This document shows positions 1 to 15,999 of a stretch of DNA of 64,000 nucleotides, piece after piece. Origin of the DNA: Octopus vulgaris. Its lineage: Eukaryota. Made by a program: the position numbers and the translations under genes. The stretch covers positions 18,352,001 to 18,416,000 of the forward strand of contig OX597828.1 in NCBI GenBank assembly GCA_951406725.2. The letters run 5' to 3'. The first letter of the stretch is position 1; each line of letters starts with the position of its first letter. The notes beneath the pieces are model-generated. The model saw only the letters and a program-made list of their open reading frames with translations. It made no database searches and had not been told where the DNA came from.

Positions 1-480
1 CGAATCTTCAGTTGTTCAATCAAGTGAACTACATGACTTATTGTATTAGCATATAAGTGACTGAATATTTCAAAGTCAGGTGTACTCTTAACGGAATACT
101 CAGGCGCAACATGTGTGATACAGCGTGTGAGAAGGCTGGACCCCTGAATTACAGCTATGCTTCCTTCGGCGTTCTTCTAACCAGTGTCCATCAATCCATT
201 TACACGTATGAGCCATGAATTGATGCGAGGCAATAAAAAAAAAAACAATGACGATGGCTCTAGAATTTAGGTGTCAGGATCGAATCGGTGACCAAATGAT
301 TGCTAAAGGAACGCCTTAACATATTCGGCCACATTACACCTACAGAAATGAATACACATACAAAAATGGAATGCTAACAAAGCACACAATATGTTATATT
401 CAAGAAATAGTGTTGGCAGATTGTAGGTAACAAGAAAGCGAACACAAACCAGAGACAACTCAATTCATCCTTTCTCTTAA

Positions 481-878
481 AGCGGCGAGCTGGCAGAATC
501 GTTAGCACGCCGGACGAAATGCTTAGCGGTAATTCGTCTGCCGCTACGTTCTGGGTTCAAATTCCGCCGAGGTCGACTTTGCCTTTCATCCTTTCGGGGT
601 CGATTAGATAAGTACCAGTTACGCACTGGAGTCGATATAATCGACTTAATCCGTTTGTCTGTCCTTGTTTGTCCCCTCTGTGTTTAGCCCCTTGTGGGTA
701 GTAAAGAAATAAGTATTTCGTCTGCCGCTACGTTCTGAGTTCAAATTCCGACTTTGCTTTTCATCCTTTCGGGGTCGATTAATTAAGTACCAGTTGCGCA
801 CAGGGGTCGATGTAATCGACTTCCCCACTCCCCTCCACAAAAGTTTCGTGCCTTGTGCCCAGAGTAGAAAAGGTTATT
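481..878 (+). mobile_element. SINE family A (tRNA-derived head, GACTTTGCCTTTCATCCTTTCGGGGTCGAT core), dimer
   Basis: A box TGGCAGAATCG, B box GTTCAAATTCC. More than 25 related copies in the window. Confidence 0.85.
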
Positions 879-2408
879 ACAACTATAAACGTTTCATGAT
901 TTCATATTGTGTTATGCTTCCTTTTTGTTGTCTTCCTTTTCTTTTCATAACGGCAGTTTGTAATTTGAGGGCGATTTGACTGCTGTTACTAGCCGTCAGT
1001 GGTTAGTCCATATTACCTCATGAGGAGTTTCTCTAGCGTATATATTCCTCCCTAGATGGGAGGCCGGTGCGTTGCAGGATTACTCCTTTCTCCAAGCTGA
1101 GTGAACTGGAGCAACGTGAAATGAACTGTCTTGCTCAAGAACACGACGCATCGCTCTGTCCAGGAATCGAAACTACAATCTTACAATCATTTATCCAACA
1201 CCCAACCAGTAAGCCACACGCCTTCACATATCTGGTCACCCTGACTATCTGTCAGGTTGACCAGATATGAACACAGGCATTCTAAATGGTTGCTAATAAA
1301 ATAACGAAAACAAATGTGCAGTGATGGGAAATTGGGAAGAAAAGGTGGCACACGGTTCGTTTGCTATGCAAAGAGAAAACACTCGCAGAAGAGAGGACTT
1401 AATCTTGTTGGCGAAAAACTCATTACTTCGTACGCGTAACTAAATATTTCAATTATTTTGCAAATCATTCAATAATCCAACCAAGAACAATCATAGCAGA
1501 AAACTCCTGGGTTGTCGTCGGTGAAACAAGAAACAGCTTTGAAATACTGAAAACAGTGTCAGCAGAATTCGCAGGAAATTTTTGATAACAACATTTGTAC
1601 TGATTCTCAGGAAAACAGAAACAGAGACTATGGTGACAGCTACACACTAATGGAGTTACTAGTTAACCTTCTGAAAGCGAAAAACGGATATTTGCACTCA
1701 AAATTGCATTACCGTTAACTGCAAAAAGCGCCTGTAGCAAAAGGCTTTTAGAAAATGTCACCTTAGTCTACTGAAAGTAGAGATAACCCAGTGATGTATT
1801 TAATTAAAGACAATTCTTCAGATTTACTTAAATTCTTTTCAAATATCTCTTTAGGGTAAGCCAATCTACTCAGATTGGTTTACCCTTAAAACTCCGACCT
1901 GAAGTGCAAAAGGGAATGAGGTGTTGAAATTGCCTATCCAAGGTGGCTACAAATCATATACAATTATCTCTTTTAGAGGGCAAGAATTAAATACTTTTAG
2001 TGGTGGATATGTAAACCGTACCCAGAGAAGCAGTAAATATCATTGCTACGTTTTGGTGGATAATTAACATCGTTACGGAAATGATCACGAAACTTAATTT
2101 TGCAGTTAAACATTTTAGCAAAATCTGCCAGAGAGAAAGAGGGGGCGATATGAAAAAAACTTGGATCCAGCATCAAATATCAATGTAATAAAATTACTAA
2201 AAAGGTTATGAATATACTTAGCGGCTCCTCATCCGGCTTTGTATTCTGAATTCAAATTTTCCTGAGGTCGACTTTGCCTTTCACCCATTCAGGGTTGAAG
2301 AAATAAATACCAGTTAAGCATTGGAAATTGATGTAATCGACTAGCACCTCCCTCACGATATCAGGGCCCTGTGTCTATGGTAGAAAGTAGGTAATTATTA
2401 TTATTATT

Positions 2409-2711
2409 TTCATATACACTCAACAGATTAGAATATTGGAAAAGAGAAAAAATCCTAACATCGGTCTACAATAACCTTAGATGCCAAGAACCCTCCAAAG
2501 TATCCTAGCTGTTACTAATAACATTGATTTCTGGGGCTGTACTAAACTGGATTTTTTGCCTATTTCCTCTATCCATCTGTTCAGATCTTTAGGGATAATT
2601 CCCAGTGCACCTATAACTAATGGGTTACATTTTACCCGCACTTTCTATTGTCTCAGTAATTCAATAGCAAGGTCCTGGTACTTTGCTATTTTTTATATAC
2701 TTTTCATATTG
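2409..2711 (-). mobile_element. Degenerate Dong/R4 endonuclease C-terminus, third lineage
   Basis: Translates KIAKYQDLAIEL..PLVIGALGIIPKDL..QKSMLLVTARILWRVLGI*. Bordered by TTA and TTC/TTA tracts. Confidence 0.75.
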
Positions 2712-2776
2712 TCTTCTTCTTCTTCTTCTTCTTCTTCTTCTTCTTCTTCTTCTTCTTCTTCTTCTTCTCCTTATTA

Positions 2777-2843
<67 letters not shown>

Positions 2844-2955
2844 CATTATTATTATTGTTATTGTTAGTATTATTATTGTTATTGTTAGTATTATTATTAT
2901 TATTATTATCATTATTATTATTATTATTATCATTATTATTATCATTGTAATTGTT

Positions 2956-2987
<32 letters not shown>

Positions 2988-3013
2988 CATTATTATTATT
3001 ATCATTATTATTA

Positions 3014-3056
<43 letters not shown>

Positions 3057-3073
3057 CATTATTATTATTGTTA

Positions 3074-3110
<37 letters not shown>

Positions 3111-3198
3111 CATTATTATTATTGTTATTGTTATTATTATTATCATTATTATTATCATTATCATTATTATTATTATTATCATTATTATTATTATCATT

Positions 3199-3258
<60 letters not shown>
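2712..3258. repeat. (TTC)n then (TTA/TCA)n microsatellite
   Basis: Direct reading. Confidence 0.97.
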
Positions 3259-3869
3259 TGTCATTTGTAGTACTAGTAGTCGTAGTATCTGTAGCAGCGG
3301 TATGTTTACGTCATTGCAAAGATTTCTGTACTTCATTATCAGAAACAACAACAACACTAGCAACAGTAGCAACTCTGTGTTTTTCCAACTCCTTTATCCG
3401 TTCGCTGCGTTTATTCTTCTTTCTTTGTTTTATTCTCTTTTTGTCTTGTTTGTTTTTTTTATTTGACACATACTTAGGCTCGATTATGGTATAAAAGAGG
3501 ATTATGTCAACATGATTAATTACTGTAGTGTTGTTAATTAGTGATAACATTTCAAGAGAACCCTCTTTATCGGTACAAAGCAAAAATGGATGGCCGTAAT
3601 ATGATAAGCTTGCCTTTAGAATAAAACAAAATGGCTGAGCTCAATGCAACCTTGATTGCATGAAATATATTATTTCCAAGTTGGGTGTTTCTAACGTTCC
3701 GTTTATTTGCAAAAAAACATACATGAATATTTTATTAAGATATGGCGAGTAGAACATACTTCGGTGAAAAGTATTTAGGCTAGTACTGTTTTATTATCAC
3801 CTATCATCGTTTTCTTGAATAAATTAATATTCGAAATCTAGACTTAAATATTCAGTATTTGTAATTTAT

Positions 3870-3911
<42 letters not shown>

Positions 3912-4116
3912 GTATACACAGAGAGAGAGAGAGAGAGAGAGGCAAACAGACAAACAGACAGTGGGTAACATTTATTCATTACTGTTTGGGGTTGTTTTTT
4001 TCTGTTTTGAAAATTATGCTGAATTTTAATCAGATGATGTTTGACAGGTATCGGAACTTGAATATTACAGATACACGCACACACGTATACATAAACACAA
4101 ACACACGCGCGCACAC

Positions 4117-4170
<54 letters not shown>

Positions 4171-4404
4171 ACACACTCTCACAAACGCATGCATGCACAC
4201 CGCATACGCACGTGCGCCTAACATACTTTTCTTTTTGAAATTATCTAAAGAAACGGTGTCGTCATGTATTAAATTCTGGACAATAAATTTGATCGAACAT
4301 AAATCATGCTTGATACGTGTGTGGGTGTGTGTGGAGTAGGTGGGAGTGCATGTATGTATATGTATGTATGTGTGAATGTGTGTGTGTGTGCACGCACGTG
4401 AGCT

Positions 4405-4449
<45 letters not shown>

Positions 4450-5271
4450 TGAATTATGCTGATAATATGAATAATATATCTTATAAATTTGAGTTAGCAA
4501 TAAAGTGCACTATGCGTCACACACAACATACATTCATACATACATACATGCATATATACATACATACATACATACATACATACATGTGGTAAGTAGATGG
4601 TTTACCAACCACATGGTTCCAGGTTCAGTCCCACGCAGCATATATGGCTCTGTGGTAAGTAGCTTGCTCGCCAACTACATGGTCCCAGGTTCAGTTACAC
4701 TGCGTGGCACCTTGGGCAAGTGTCTTCTATCATAACATCGGGCCGATCAAACCCTTCTGAGTGGATTTAGTAGACGGAAACTGAAAGAAGCCCGTCATAT
4801 ATATACATATATGTATGTGTTTGTATATGTTTGTGTGTCTGTGCTTGTCACCACAAAAAATACCAAGCGGTTCAGCAAAAGAGCCTGATGGAATAAATAC
4901 AAAGAATAAGTCCTGCGGTCGACTTGCTCGACTAAAGGCGGTGCTCCAGCATGGCCGCAGTCAAAAGTCTGAAAGAAGTAAAAGAATAAAAGTACTAAAT
5001 AATATATATATATTATAATAATATTAGGGAGTATATCCAAACTTACAGGGAAAAATTAGATTTATGATTAAATCAAATTTCACAGTATAAATATAAATTA
5101 AATTATTAAAATTTCAAATTTTAATAATTTTAATAATTTTAATTTTAAATTTTATATTTTATATATATATTGTATAATATGTTAATTATATTTATTTTTT
5201 GTTTTTCATGTTTTGGTTTATGTCTATCACTGTTTGAGTTGCCTAATAGTGGTTTTATCTCTAATTTAATT

Positions 5272-5331
<60 letters not shown>

Positions 5332-5336
<5 letters not shown>

Positions 5337-5943
5337 TTGACTTTTGCTTTACATTTGCACAAGCTGGCTCCAAGTCTCAAACAGAGACCTCAAGAGACAA
5401 CAAGTTGGAAGTTCATGTTAGTGTTATGCCATATATTTGGTTTTATACTTAGTGTTGTACTAGTGAATGCCTAAAAACCATACGAAAATTATGTTTGTTT
5501 TGAAACTTGAGATTACAAAGAAAGTATTTTGCGTAGGATATAAGCAGTTCCCACGAGCACTCTCTTTTCAATTTCTGCCATTTTGAGGTTTCCTGGTATC
5601 TGAGTTAGGTAGCAATCAGCCCCTTTCGCTATCATTCCCAGGGCACCTATGACAACAGGTATTGTTTTAGTCTTCAGGTTCCACATTTTGCTGATTTCTA
5701 TTTCCAGATCTTTATATTTGCTCAGTTTCTGGTAGGTCTTGACAGATACGTTTATATCGATTGGGACAATCATATCAATGAGGAGGCATGTTTTTTTGTC
5801 TGAAGTCTTTTACTATGATGTCTGGCCAATTCGAGACTATCTTTCTGTCAGTTTGAATGGGGAAGTTCCAGAGGAGTGAGATGTGATCATTTTCAAACAC
5901 TGGAGGTGCTTTGTGTTCCCACCAGTTTTTATCATGGGGCAAT
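5332..5943 (-). mobile_element. Dong/R4 3' fragment, same subfamily as copy 1
   Basis: ORF 5513-5773 nearly identical to the last 86 aa of the 600-aa ORF, with the same 3' UTR. Confidence 0.88.
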
Positions 5944-5960
5944 TTATTATTATTATTATT

Positions 5961-6410
5961 CAGTAGTTTTCTTTTTATAGCGTGCTTTCACTTCACTACC
6001 GAGCGCAGCTCTGTCTGCTGTGATTTGTTGTGATGCTCTAATGGTTATTGTATGGAAAGTGTTCTGCGTAGGATGTGTGCAGTGCCTAGTAGTGCAATTT
6101 TCTGTATGTTATATGTGTTTGTAAGTCCTGGTGTTTTTGTTATGTATTTGTATGAATATTTTTTATCATGCTTAATGCACCTACTATGATAGGAATTGTT
6201 TCTGTTTTTAGATTCCACATTCTGGTTACCTCTATTTCCAGGTCTTTGTATTTTGAAAGTTTCTCCATTTCTTTTAGAGACAAGTTGTCATCTGCCGGTA
6301 TTGATACATCAATTAGAAAGCATTTTTTTTTCTTCATGATCTCTGACAACTATATCTGGTCTGTTGGCCTTAATTTCTCTATCTGTGTGTATCGGCATAT
6401 CCCAGAGAGT
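5961..6410 (-). mobile_element. Dong/R4 3' fragment, second subfamily
   Basis: Translates LWDMPIHTDREIKANRPDIVV..CFLIDVSIP..EKLSKYKDLEIEVTRMW..PIIVGAL. Its 3' UTR differs from copy 1. TTA tracts on both sides. Confidence 0.85.
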
Positions 6411-6435
6411 TATTATTATAATTATTATTATTATT

Positions 6436-8493
6436 CTATGTTTGACTTTTGCTTTATATTTGTACAAGTTGGCTCCAAGTCTCACCCAGAGACCTCAAGA
6501 GACAACAGGGTTGGAAGTTCATGTTGTTGTTATGCCTAGTGTGCCATATATTTGGGGGGTGGGGATGTTGTACTAATGAATGTCTAAAAAAAAAAGTTTT
6601 TTTTTTTTTTAAACCGAAAATTATGTTTGTTTTAAACCTTGAGATTACATAGAGAGTATTTTGCGTAGGATATGAGCAGTTCCCATGAGCACTATCTTTT
6701 GAACTTCTGCCATTTTTGGGTTTCCTGGTATCTGAGTTAGGTAGCTATCAGCCCCTTTTGCTATCATTCCCAGGGCACCTATGACAACAGGTATTGTTTT
6801 AGTCTTCAGCTTCCACATTTTGCTGATTTCTATTTCAAGATCTTTATATTTGCTCAGTTTTTGGTAGGTCTTGACAGATACGTTTATATCGATTGGGACA
6901 GTCATATCAATGAGGAGGCATGTTCTTTGTTTGAAGTTTTTCAATATGATGTCTGGCCTATTTGCATCTATCTTCCTGTCAGTTTGAATGGTGAAGTTCC
7001 AGAGGAGTGAGATGTGGTCATTTTCAAGCACTGGGGGTGGTTTGTGTTCCCACCAGTTTTTTTCATGGGGCAAATCCAGGTTTTTACAGATTACCCAGTG
7101 AATATATTGTGCAGCTCTATCGTGCCTGTTGAGATACTCTGTAGGCGCTAGAAGACTGCACTTGGAGACCACATGGTCAATGGTTTCATTTTGTTGCTTG
7201 CATACACGACACGTTGGACTGCTTCTGATCTTTAATATGTTGGCCTGGTAGTTTCTTGTTGGTAGGCATTGATCTTGAGCTGCTATGATAAACCCCTCTG
7301 TTTCAGATTTTAAGCCAGAGGCCATTAGCCATTGATGGGTCAGGGCTTTGTCGATATCTGCATTATTCGCTCTCTTTGGGTATTTGCCATAGAGAGGTTT
7401 TTCTTGCCATTTATTATTCAGAATATCTAAGGCCGCAGTTTTGGCACGGGTTTTCATGCGCCTAGCTTTTTCTGTGCTTGTTTCTTGTATATCTATCTCC
7501 GAAATTGGTTGTATTCGGAATTCACTTAGATATTCCTTTGCCTGTTTTGTGACTGAGTATGATGCTTTCTTGTTTTCATGTTTTGAGACAAGTTTTAGCA
7601 TCCAGTCCTCAGAGTTTTTCAGGTAGGTGTCTAGGCCAATTGTAGCAATCTTCATTGTTATTGCCAGTTGCAAAAGACCACGGCCTCCCTCTTTTCTTGG
7701 CAGATAGAGTCGTTCTGTATCTGCCTTAGGGTGGTGCATTCTATGCATTGTCAACAGTTTCCTTATTTTTCTGTCGAGCTGACATATTTCAGTAATTGAC
7801 CAGTTAACAATATTGAAACTGTAAGTCACGACTGGTATAGCTAATGCATTGATTGCTTCGATCCTGTTTCTTGCATTCAGCTCTGTCTTGAGTATTGCTC
7901 TCACTCTTCGATAGCATTCTCTCCTGATCCTTTCCTTCATCTCTGAATGCCTTATTCCGTTCCCTTCAATTATCCCTAGGTACTTGTAGCTCTCCGCTGG
8001 GTCTAGTTCTTTTATGACATTCTGTTGGTCAAGGTTAACGTTAGATGTTTCTGTCATTTTTCCTTTGATAAAGGTAGCCTTTGCACATTTATCGAGGCCG
8101 AATTGCATTCTGATGTCGTCACTGAATTGTTTGACTATCGCTAGTAAGCCCTTGAGTTGTTGATCATTTTTTGCAAAAAGCTTTAAATCATCCATGTAAA
8201 CGAGATGATTTATATTTTTATCAAACATTTTATACCCGTACTGCGCGTCATTGAGCAGCTTTGAGAGAGGTATTAAGGATAAACAAAAGAGGAGTGGTGA
8301 CAGTGAGTCACCCTGGAAAATGCCACACGAAATTTTTACATCACCAGCATTTAGGAATTCACTGTCACTGTTCAGAGTTAGTGTGGTTCTCCATGATCTC
8401 ATACTTACAGTCAAGAAGTTTCGCAGAGTTGGTGCTATCTTATACATTTCAAGGCATTTCCTAATCCAGCTATGTGGTAGGCTATCAAAAGCC

Positions 8494-8495
<2 letters not shown>
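6436..8495 (-). mobile_element. Dong/R4 element copy 1 (5'-truncated) with ~200-nt 3' UTR, flanked by (TAA)n on both sides
   Basis: 3' end ...CAAACATAG followed by (AAT)n (TTA tract 6410-6435). 5' end abuts TTA tract 8495-8543. TAA targeting is established for Dong. Confidence 0.9.
6645..8447 (-). CDS. R4/Dong-clade non-LTR retrotransposon ORF, C-terminal part (RT domains 3-7, thumb, CCHC knuckle, restriction-like endonuclease)
   Basis: 600 aa without stops. Motifs: GIFQGDSLSP, YMDD, YKYLG, RLYLPRKEGGRGL, CRVC..ETIDHVVSKC, RHD, RPDII, LLIDMTVP, KLSKYKDL. The frame stays open upstream of the Met through KAFDSLPHSW up to the (TAA)n junction near 8495, so the Met is internal. Confidence 0.93.
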   Translation of the reverse strand: MYKIAPTLRNFLTVSMRSWRTTLTLNSDSEFLNAGDVKISCGIFQGDSLSPLLFCLSLIPLSKLLNDAQYGYKMFDKNINHLVYMDDLKLFAKNDQQLKGLLAIVKQFSDDIRMQFGLDKCAKATFIKGKMTETSNVNLDQQNVIKELDPAESYKYLGIIEGNGIRHSEMKERIRRECYRRVRAILKTELNARNRIEAINALAIPVVTYSFNIVNWSITEICQLDRKIRKLLTMHRMHHPKADTERLYLPRKEGGRGLLQLAITMKIATIGLDTYLKNSEDWMLKLVSKHENKKASYSVTKQAKEYLSEFRIQPISEIDIQETSTEKARRMKTRAKTAALDILNNKWQEKPLYGKYPKRANNADIDKALTHQWLMASGLKSETEGFIIAAQDQCLPTRNYQANILKIRSSPTCRVCKQQNETIDHVVSKCSLLAPTEYLNRHDRAAQYIHWVICKNLDLPHEKNWWEHKPPPVLENDHISLLWNFTIQTDRKIDANRPDIILKNFKQRTCLLIDMTVPIDINVSVKTYQKLSKYKDLEIEISKMWKLKTKTIPVVIGALGMIAKGADSYLTQIPGNPKMAEVQKIVLMGTAHILRKILSM

Positions 8496-8544
<49 letters not shown>

Positions 8545-8755
8545 TGATGAACGTCGGCCGTAGTGTCTTTCGGTATCTGCTACAGTAATTTGCGTTGTGA
8601 ATTCAAATTCCATTGAGGTATTCAAATCCTGACAATGTCCATGATCAGTCGTCCAACAATGGGTCGAGAATTGATTATGAAAGCTTTTGTGGATCAAGGA
8701 AGATTCTGATGGCCTGCTATTGAAATCTAACGATGAATGATAGTGCTGCTGATGA

Positions 8756-8817
<62 letters not shown>

Positions 8818-9393
8818 GGAATGAATACGCTATATTGAGTTTCTAAAGGGATTTAAAAAAAAAAACAAATTAAAGTGTTTGCTGTGATTTCTAAAAGACA
8901 TTTTCAAACTGGAAAATAACCGAAAGAGTGCTAAACAGTAGATTCTCCTGAAAACTGGCCCCCACCAGTGGTCAGTTTGCTTGCGTTTCAACCAAGCAAT
9001 AAGATAAAACGTATTATCAAAACGCTACATCGACAGCCAAAAGCTATCATATTTTTTCTCTTCTTCATCATCATCCGCATCCCATTCTGCACGTGACCAT
9101 TGTAGCTGTTCCTGCCGTTCTCACTTCCGTCCTGGTCGTTGTATTCCCCCTCCTCCTCCTCCTCCTCATCATCATCATCATTAATTCCTTTATCACCGGT
9201 GGGGGGTTTTAATCTAACCAATGTTCGCAGGCATGGCTGTGTGTGATAATATGCTTGCTTCCCAAACACATGGTTTTGGGTTCAGTTCCACTGCGTGACA
9301 TCTTACACAAGTCTCTTCAACTATAACCGCCGGCAGACCAAAGCCTTGCTAGTGGATTTGGTAAACGGAAACTGAAAGAAGCCTGTCGCATAA

Positions 9394-9450
<57 letters not shown>

Positions 9451-9877
9451 CAATTTTAGACTAAGTACCAGTCTTTAAAAATGAAAAACAAGCACTCAGG
9501 TCGATTTATTCGACTAAAAACTACTTCATTGCAGTGCTACAGATCTGAGATTTTTTTGGTCAAGATCTCTATCACTTAATTATATAGAAATATACCAATA
9601 TATACCGAGGATATATAGAATTTATAGAAGTCGGGACATAAACGATGTTCTTTAATTATTCAACGCAATATTTACATGCTGTTATTTACATCTTTATATG
9701 ATGTGCCTTGACAGCCAATGTTACCAAAGAGTATTAAATATAGGCTCAGGAGTGGCTGTGTGATAAGAAGCTTGCTTCCCAAACACATGACTCCGGGTTC
9801 AGTCCCACTGCTCTGCACTTTGGGCAAGTGGCTCCTACTATAGCCTTGGGCTGACCAAAGCCCTGTGAGTAGACGTT

Positions 9878-9928
<51 letters not shown>

Positions 9929-11572
9929 TTATATACACAGAGAGAGAGAGAGAAATGGTGAGTGAGAGAGAGAGAGAGCGAGAGGGTGTGTATGTGAGAG
10001 AGAGAGAGAGAGAGAGAGAGAATAAATGTAACAAGTATACGTCTATTAACATATATTAATAGGTATATACATTGATTGCTCAGATCGGTTTACCATTAAA
10101 ACTCCGACCTGAAGTGCAAAAGGGAACGAGGTGTTGAAATTGCCTATCCAAGGCGGCTAAAAATGGTACCTGATTCACCAGTTGCGAATAGATCAAAAAT
10201 GGAAGACGGACAAGCAAAGCATTTAGTGTTACTAGAGGATATTTACTTCATGATAAAGAGTCCAAAGAAATTATAAATAAAACATAGATCAGTCACAGTA
10301 GATACGTAAAGACTCTTACAGCCGTTTCTGGAATGCCTGACCAAGTGGATCATATTAATGTGTAATGAATTCACGTCATCCATGTATCCCGTCACAGAAG
10401 AGATCGAAGTAAAACAGTATAGAAAGACAGATCCTTAATTGAGGACGTTAGCAGTAAGAGTTGGAATGTGAGGCGACTGCATTAGGTAACTTCATGCTTA
10501 AAGAATTAATGAATCGATGAAATCATAAAGTTTATAAAATCGCATATGACAATTTTAGTGCGGAAGGTAAAAAGATTCAACAGGTAAAAAGTTAAGGATG
10601 ATCCATAGCAGAAGCATATATGTTAGTAGATCCATTGTAAGATAGACTGAGTTGAAGAATATTTTCCAATCTGAAGTAAACACCGAGTAGAATTCATGTT
10701 GAGTTTAAAAATATACTACAATGAGAGTTATAAAACTTTCGAACTGCCAACGGACTCTGTAAGTTTTCATTAACTCTATGGCTTCTAAACGTCTTCAATT
10801 CACAGATCGACTGTAGTTATTTATGGACACATTGGATCTCACACAAACACACACACACAAACACACACACACAAACACATACATATATGACTACTGCAAA
10901 TAGAAGAAGAAGAAGAAAAAGAAGAAGAAGAAGAAGAAGAAGAAGAAGAAGAAGAAGAAGAAGAAGAAGAAGAAGAAGACGCTGAACAACTACAGGGGCA
11001 GCAGTAGCAGCAGCAGCAGCGACAGCGGCGAGAACAAAGGAAATGACAATTGCAAAAACATTAACAACAGCAGCAACAATAACAAAAACACCGAAGACAA
11101 ACACAACAAAAACAATATAATCGACAACAACAACCACAACAGGAACACTACCACCACTAGCAACAACAACAACAACAACAGTACACACACACAACAGCGA
11201 CAACTACAACAACAACAACAACAACAACTGCAGCAAACAATCAACCGAGAAGTTCAATAGAAAATTTTCCTCACCCCGCTTCTTTCCCCCGGCAGATATT
11301 TGCGCTTCAAGAGAAGAAGGTATATCTGCTATTTGTTTGCTAATGCTTTCATCAATTCTTCTTTGCCTCCATGGGTTTCTATGTCTATTTGTCTAGCAAG
11401 CTTCACAATCGATATCATAATTATTACAGTTATCAATGCTTCAATTAATACTCGTCAGCGATGGTGTTGTATTAAAAGAAGATCGACAACTAAGACGGTT
11501 TCATGCCTGCACGCTCTTCACCTTCTCTCTCACTCACTCTCTCTCTCTCGCATTCTTTGTGCGTGTGTGGGC

Positions 11573-11675
<103 letters not shown>

Positions 11676-11734
11676 AAAAATATATATTATCAATACATAT
11701 GCATATTTCATACATATACACACATACACATGTA

Positions 11735-11779
<45 letters not shown>

Positions 11780-12079
11780 ATACGTATATATGTATATATG
11801 TGTATATGTATCTATGTATACACTCTCGTATATGTGTGTATGAGTATATTTTTACGTATGTATCAATATCAATATCGACATATATATGTATGTATGTATG
11901 TATGTGAGTATATGCATGTATAACTTTAAATATATATATGGGCAAGTACAGGCGTACGCATCAACAAAAGTATGGTCAAAAGTATAGGGTGTAATAAGGG
12001 TATTCGGGGTGGGACGAAAGTAGGTGAATCTTTCTCCGGAATGTGTGTGTGTGGGTGCGTGTGTATGTGTGTGTGTGTT

Positions 12080-12114
<35 letters not shown>

Positions 12115-12357
12115 ATGTGTGTGTGTGTTTGTGTATGTGCACGACCGAGTGCGTCACTGCCCATACATGTGCATTTACAAATTTGAGTACAAGTCCGAAG
12201 TCATAGAATGAGGAATCAAGATATGATCAGAATATGGTGTATATGTGTATGTATTTATTTATGTCTATATATATGTGTGTATGTATGTGTGAATATATCT
12301 ATGTATCTATCTCTATCTGTGTCTCTCTCTCACTCTCTCTTTCTCTATATATATATA

Positions 12358-12412
<55 letters not shown>

Positions 12413-12993
12413 AAATAATACATTTCTAAATCTCTCAGACACATTTATGCAGTAGTGATACTATAAAGTAGTTGTATGCTGTCAACTTAATGTGACAGTC
12501 CCATGAAGGGAATAATGCTACTGCTATTTAGCACTAGGAAGCTGCACATCCTTGACATATTTCCTGTGTCCTTATGTTTACAAGGGGGAGAGAAGCACAT
12601 CCACTAAGCTATATGTTTTTGTGCAGCTGAAGATTGCTCTTCATTTTAAACTGATGTAATGATTGCATTGTTCAATTAAATGGAGTTGCATGAAACGATC
12701 GTACTGCATTACCTCTGGATATCCTTGTTGCTTATTTTGATTTTAATCAACTTATTTTGTATGGATAATACCGTACTTACTAAATTCTGGTGCCTCTGAA
12801 GTACCATATACATCTGAATCTTTATATATATATATATATACGACGGGCTTCTTTCAGTTTCCATGTACCTAATCCACTCGCAAGGCTTTGGTCGGCCCCC
12901 GAGACTGTAGTAGATGATAAGTCCCGAAGTTGCCACGCAGTGGGACTGAACCAGGAACCAAGTGGCTGGGAAGCAAGCTTCTTACCACACAGC

Positions 12994-13036
<43 letters not shown>

Positions 13037-13357
13037 TAATGTATATATAATATGTATTTAGACATGTATTTGTATACATGTATATGTATACATGTATATA
13101 TATATGTATATATGTATGTATATTTGTATGTAAATATGTACACATGCATGCATGTATGTATGTATGTATGTATGTATGTATGTATGTATGCATGTATGTA
13201 GGTATGTATATATGTATGCATGTATGTAGGTATGTATGTAGGCGTGTAAAAGTGTTTGCGTATGATCTTCTTTAGAAGGTTCCATCATTGATGACGTTGT
13301 CAAGGAGAATTAACGAGCGAATCAGAGGAACAGATGAATTAGCATCTTAGTCGCTGT

Positions 13358-15539
<2,182 letters not shown>

Positions 15540-15752
15540 GTTCAAAATAGAAGTTCAAAAGATAGTGCTCATGGGAACTGCTCATATCCTACGCAAAATA
15601 CTCTCTATGTAATCTCAAGGTTTAAAACAAACATAATTTTCGGTTTAAAGAAAATTATGTTTGTTTTAAACCTTGAGATTACATAGAGAGTATTTTGCGT
15701 AGGATATGAGCAGTTCCCTATGAGCACTATCTTTTGAACTTCTATTTTGAAC

Positions 15753-15820
<68 letters not shown>

Positions 15821-15999
15821 ATTATTATTATTCTATGTTTGACTTTTGCTTTATATTTGTACAAGTTGGCTCCCAGTCTCACCCAGAGACCTCAAGAAAC
15901 AACAGGTTGGAAGTTCATGTTGGGCAAGTTTCCCCCTCCTTATCCCCTTCCCTACATTCACCCATCTTGCAACAAAATTGATGTGTGACAGCAATTCAT

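Noticed and set aside
270-337. tRNA gene on the minus strand (also 53011-53085 and the SINE heads)
   Set aside because: A/B boxes are present but there is no complete cloverleaf or acceptor stem; these are SINE-type heads
2481-3466. Long poly-I/N/L/Y ORFs, and all similar ORFs elsewhere (YI, HT, CV, M, D, H runs)
   Set aside because: They are stop-free frames of microsatellites, open in several frames and on both strands
5085-5200. Almost pure A/T tract as a regulatory or origin element
   Set aside because: Indistinguishable from low-complexity background
6645-8447. RT ORF as a retron, DGR, group II intron or autonomous element
   Set aside because: CCHC + RLE C-terminus, TAA flanks and the eukaryotic context identify R4/Dong, and the N-terminal RT domains are missing
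11296-11319. Possible 24-nt microexon IFALQEKK
   Set aside because: Good acceptor but weak donor (GTATAT) and no other support
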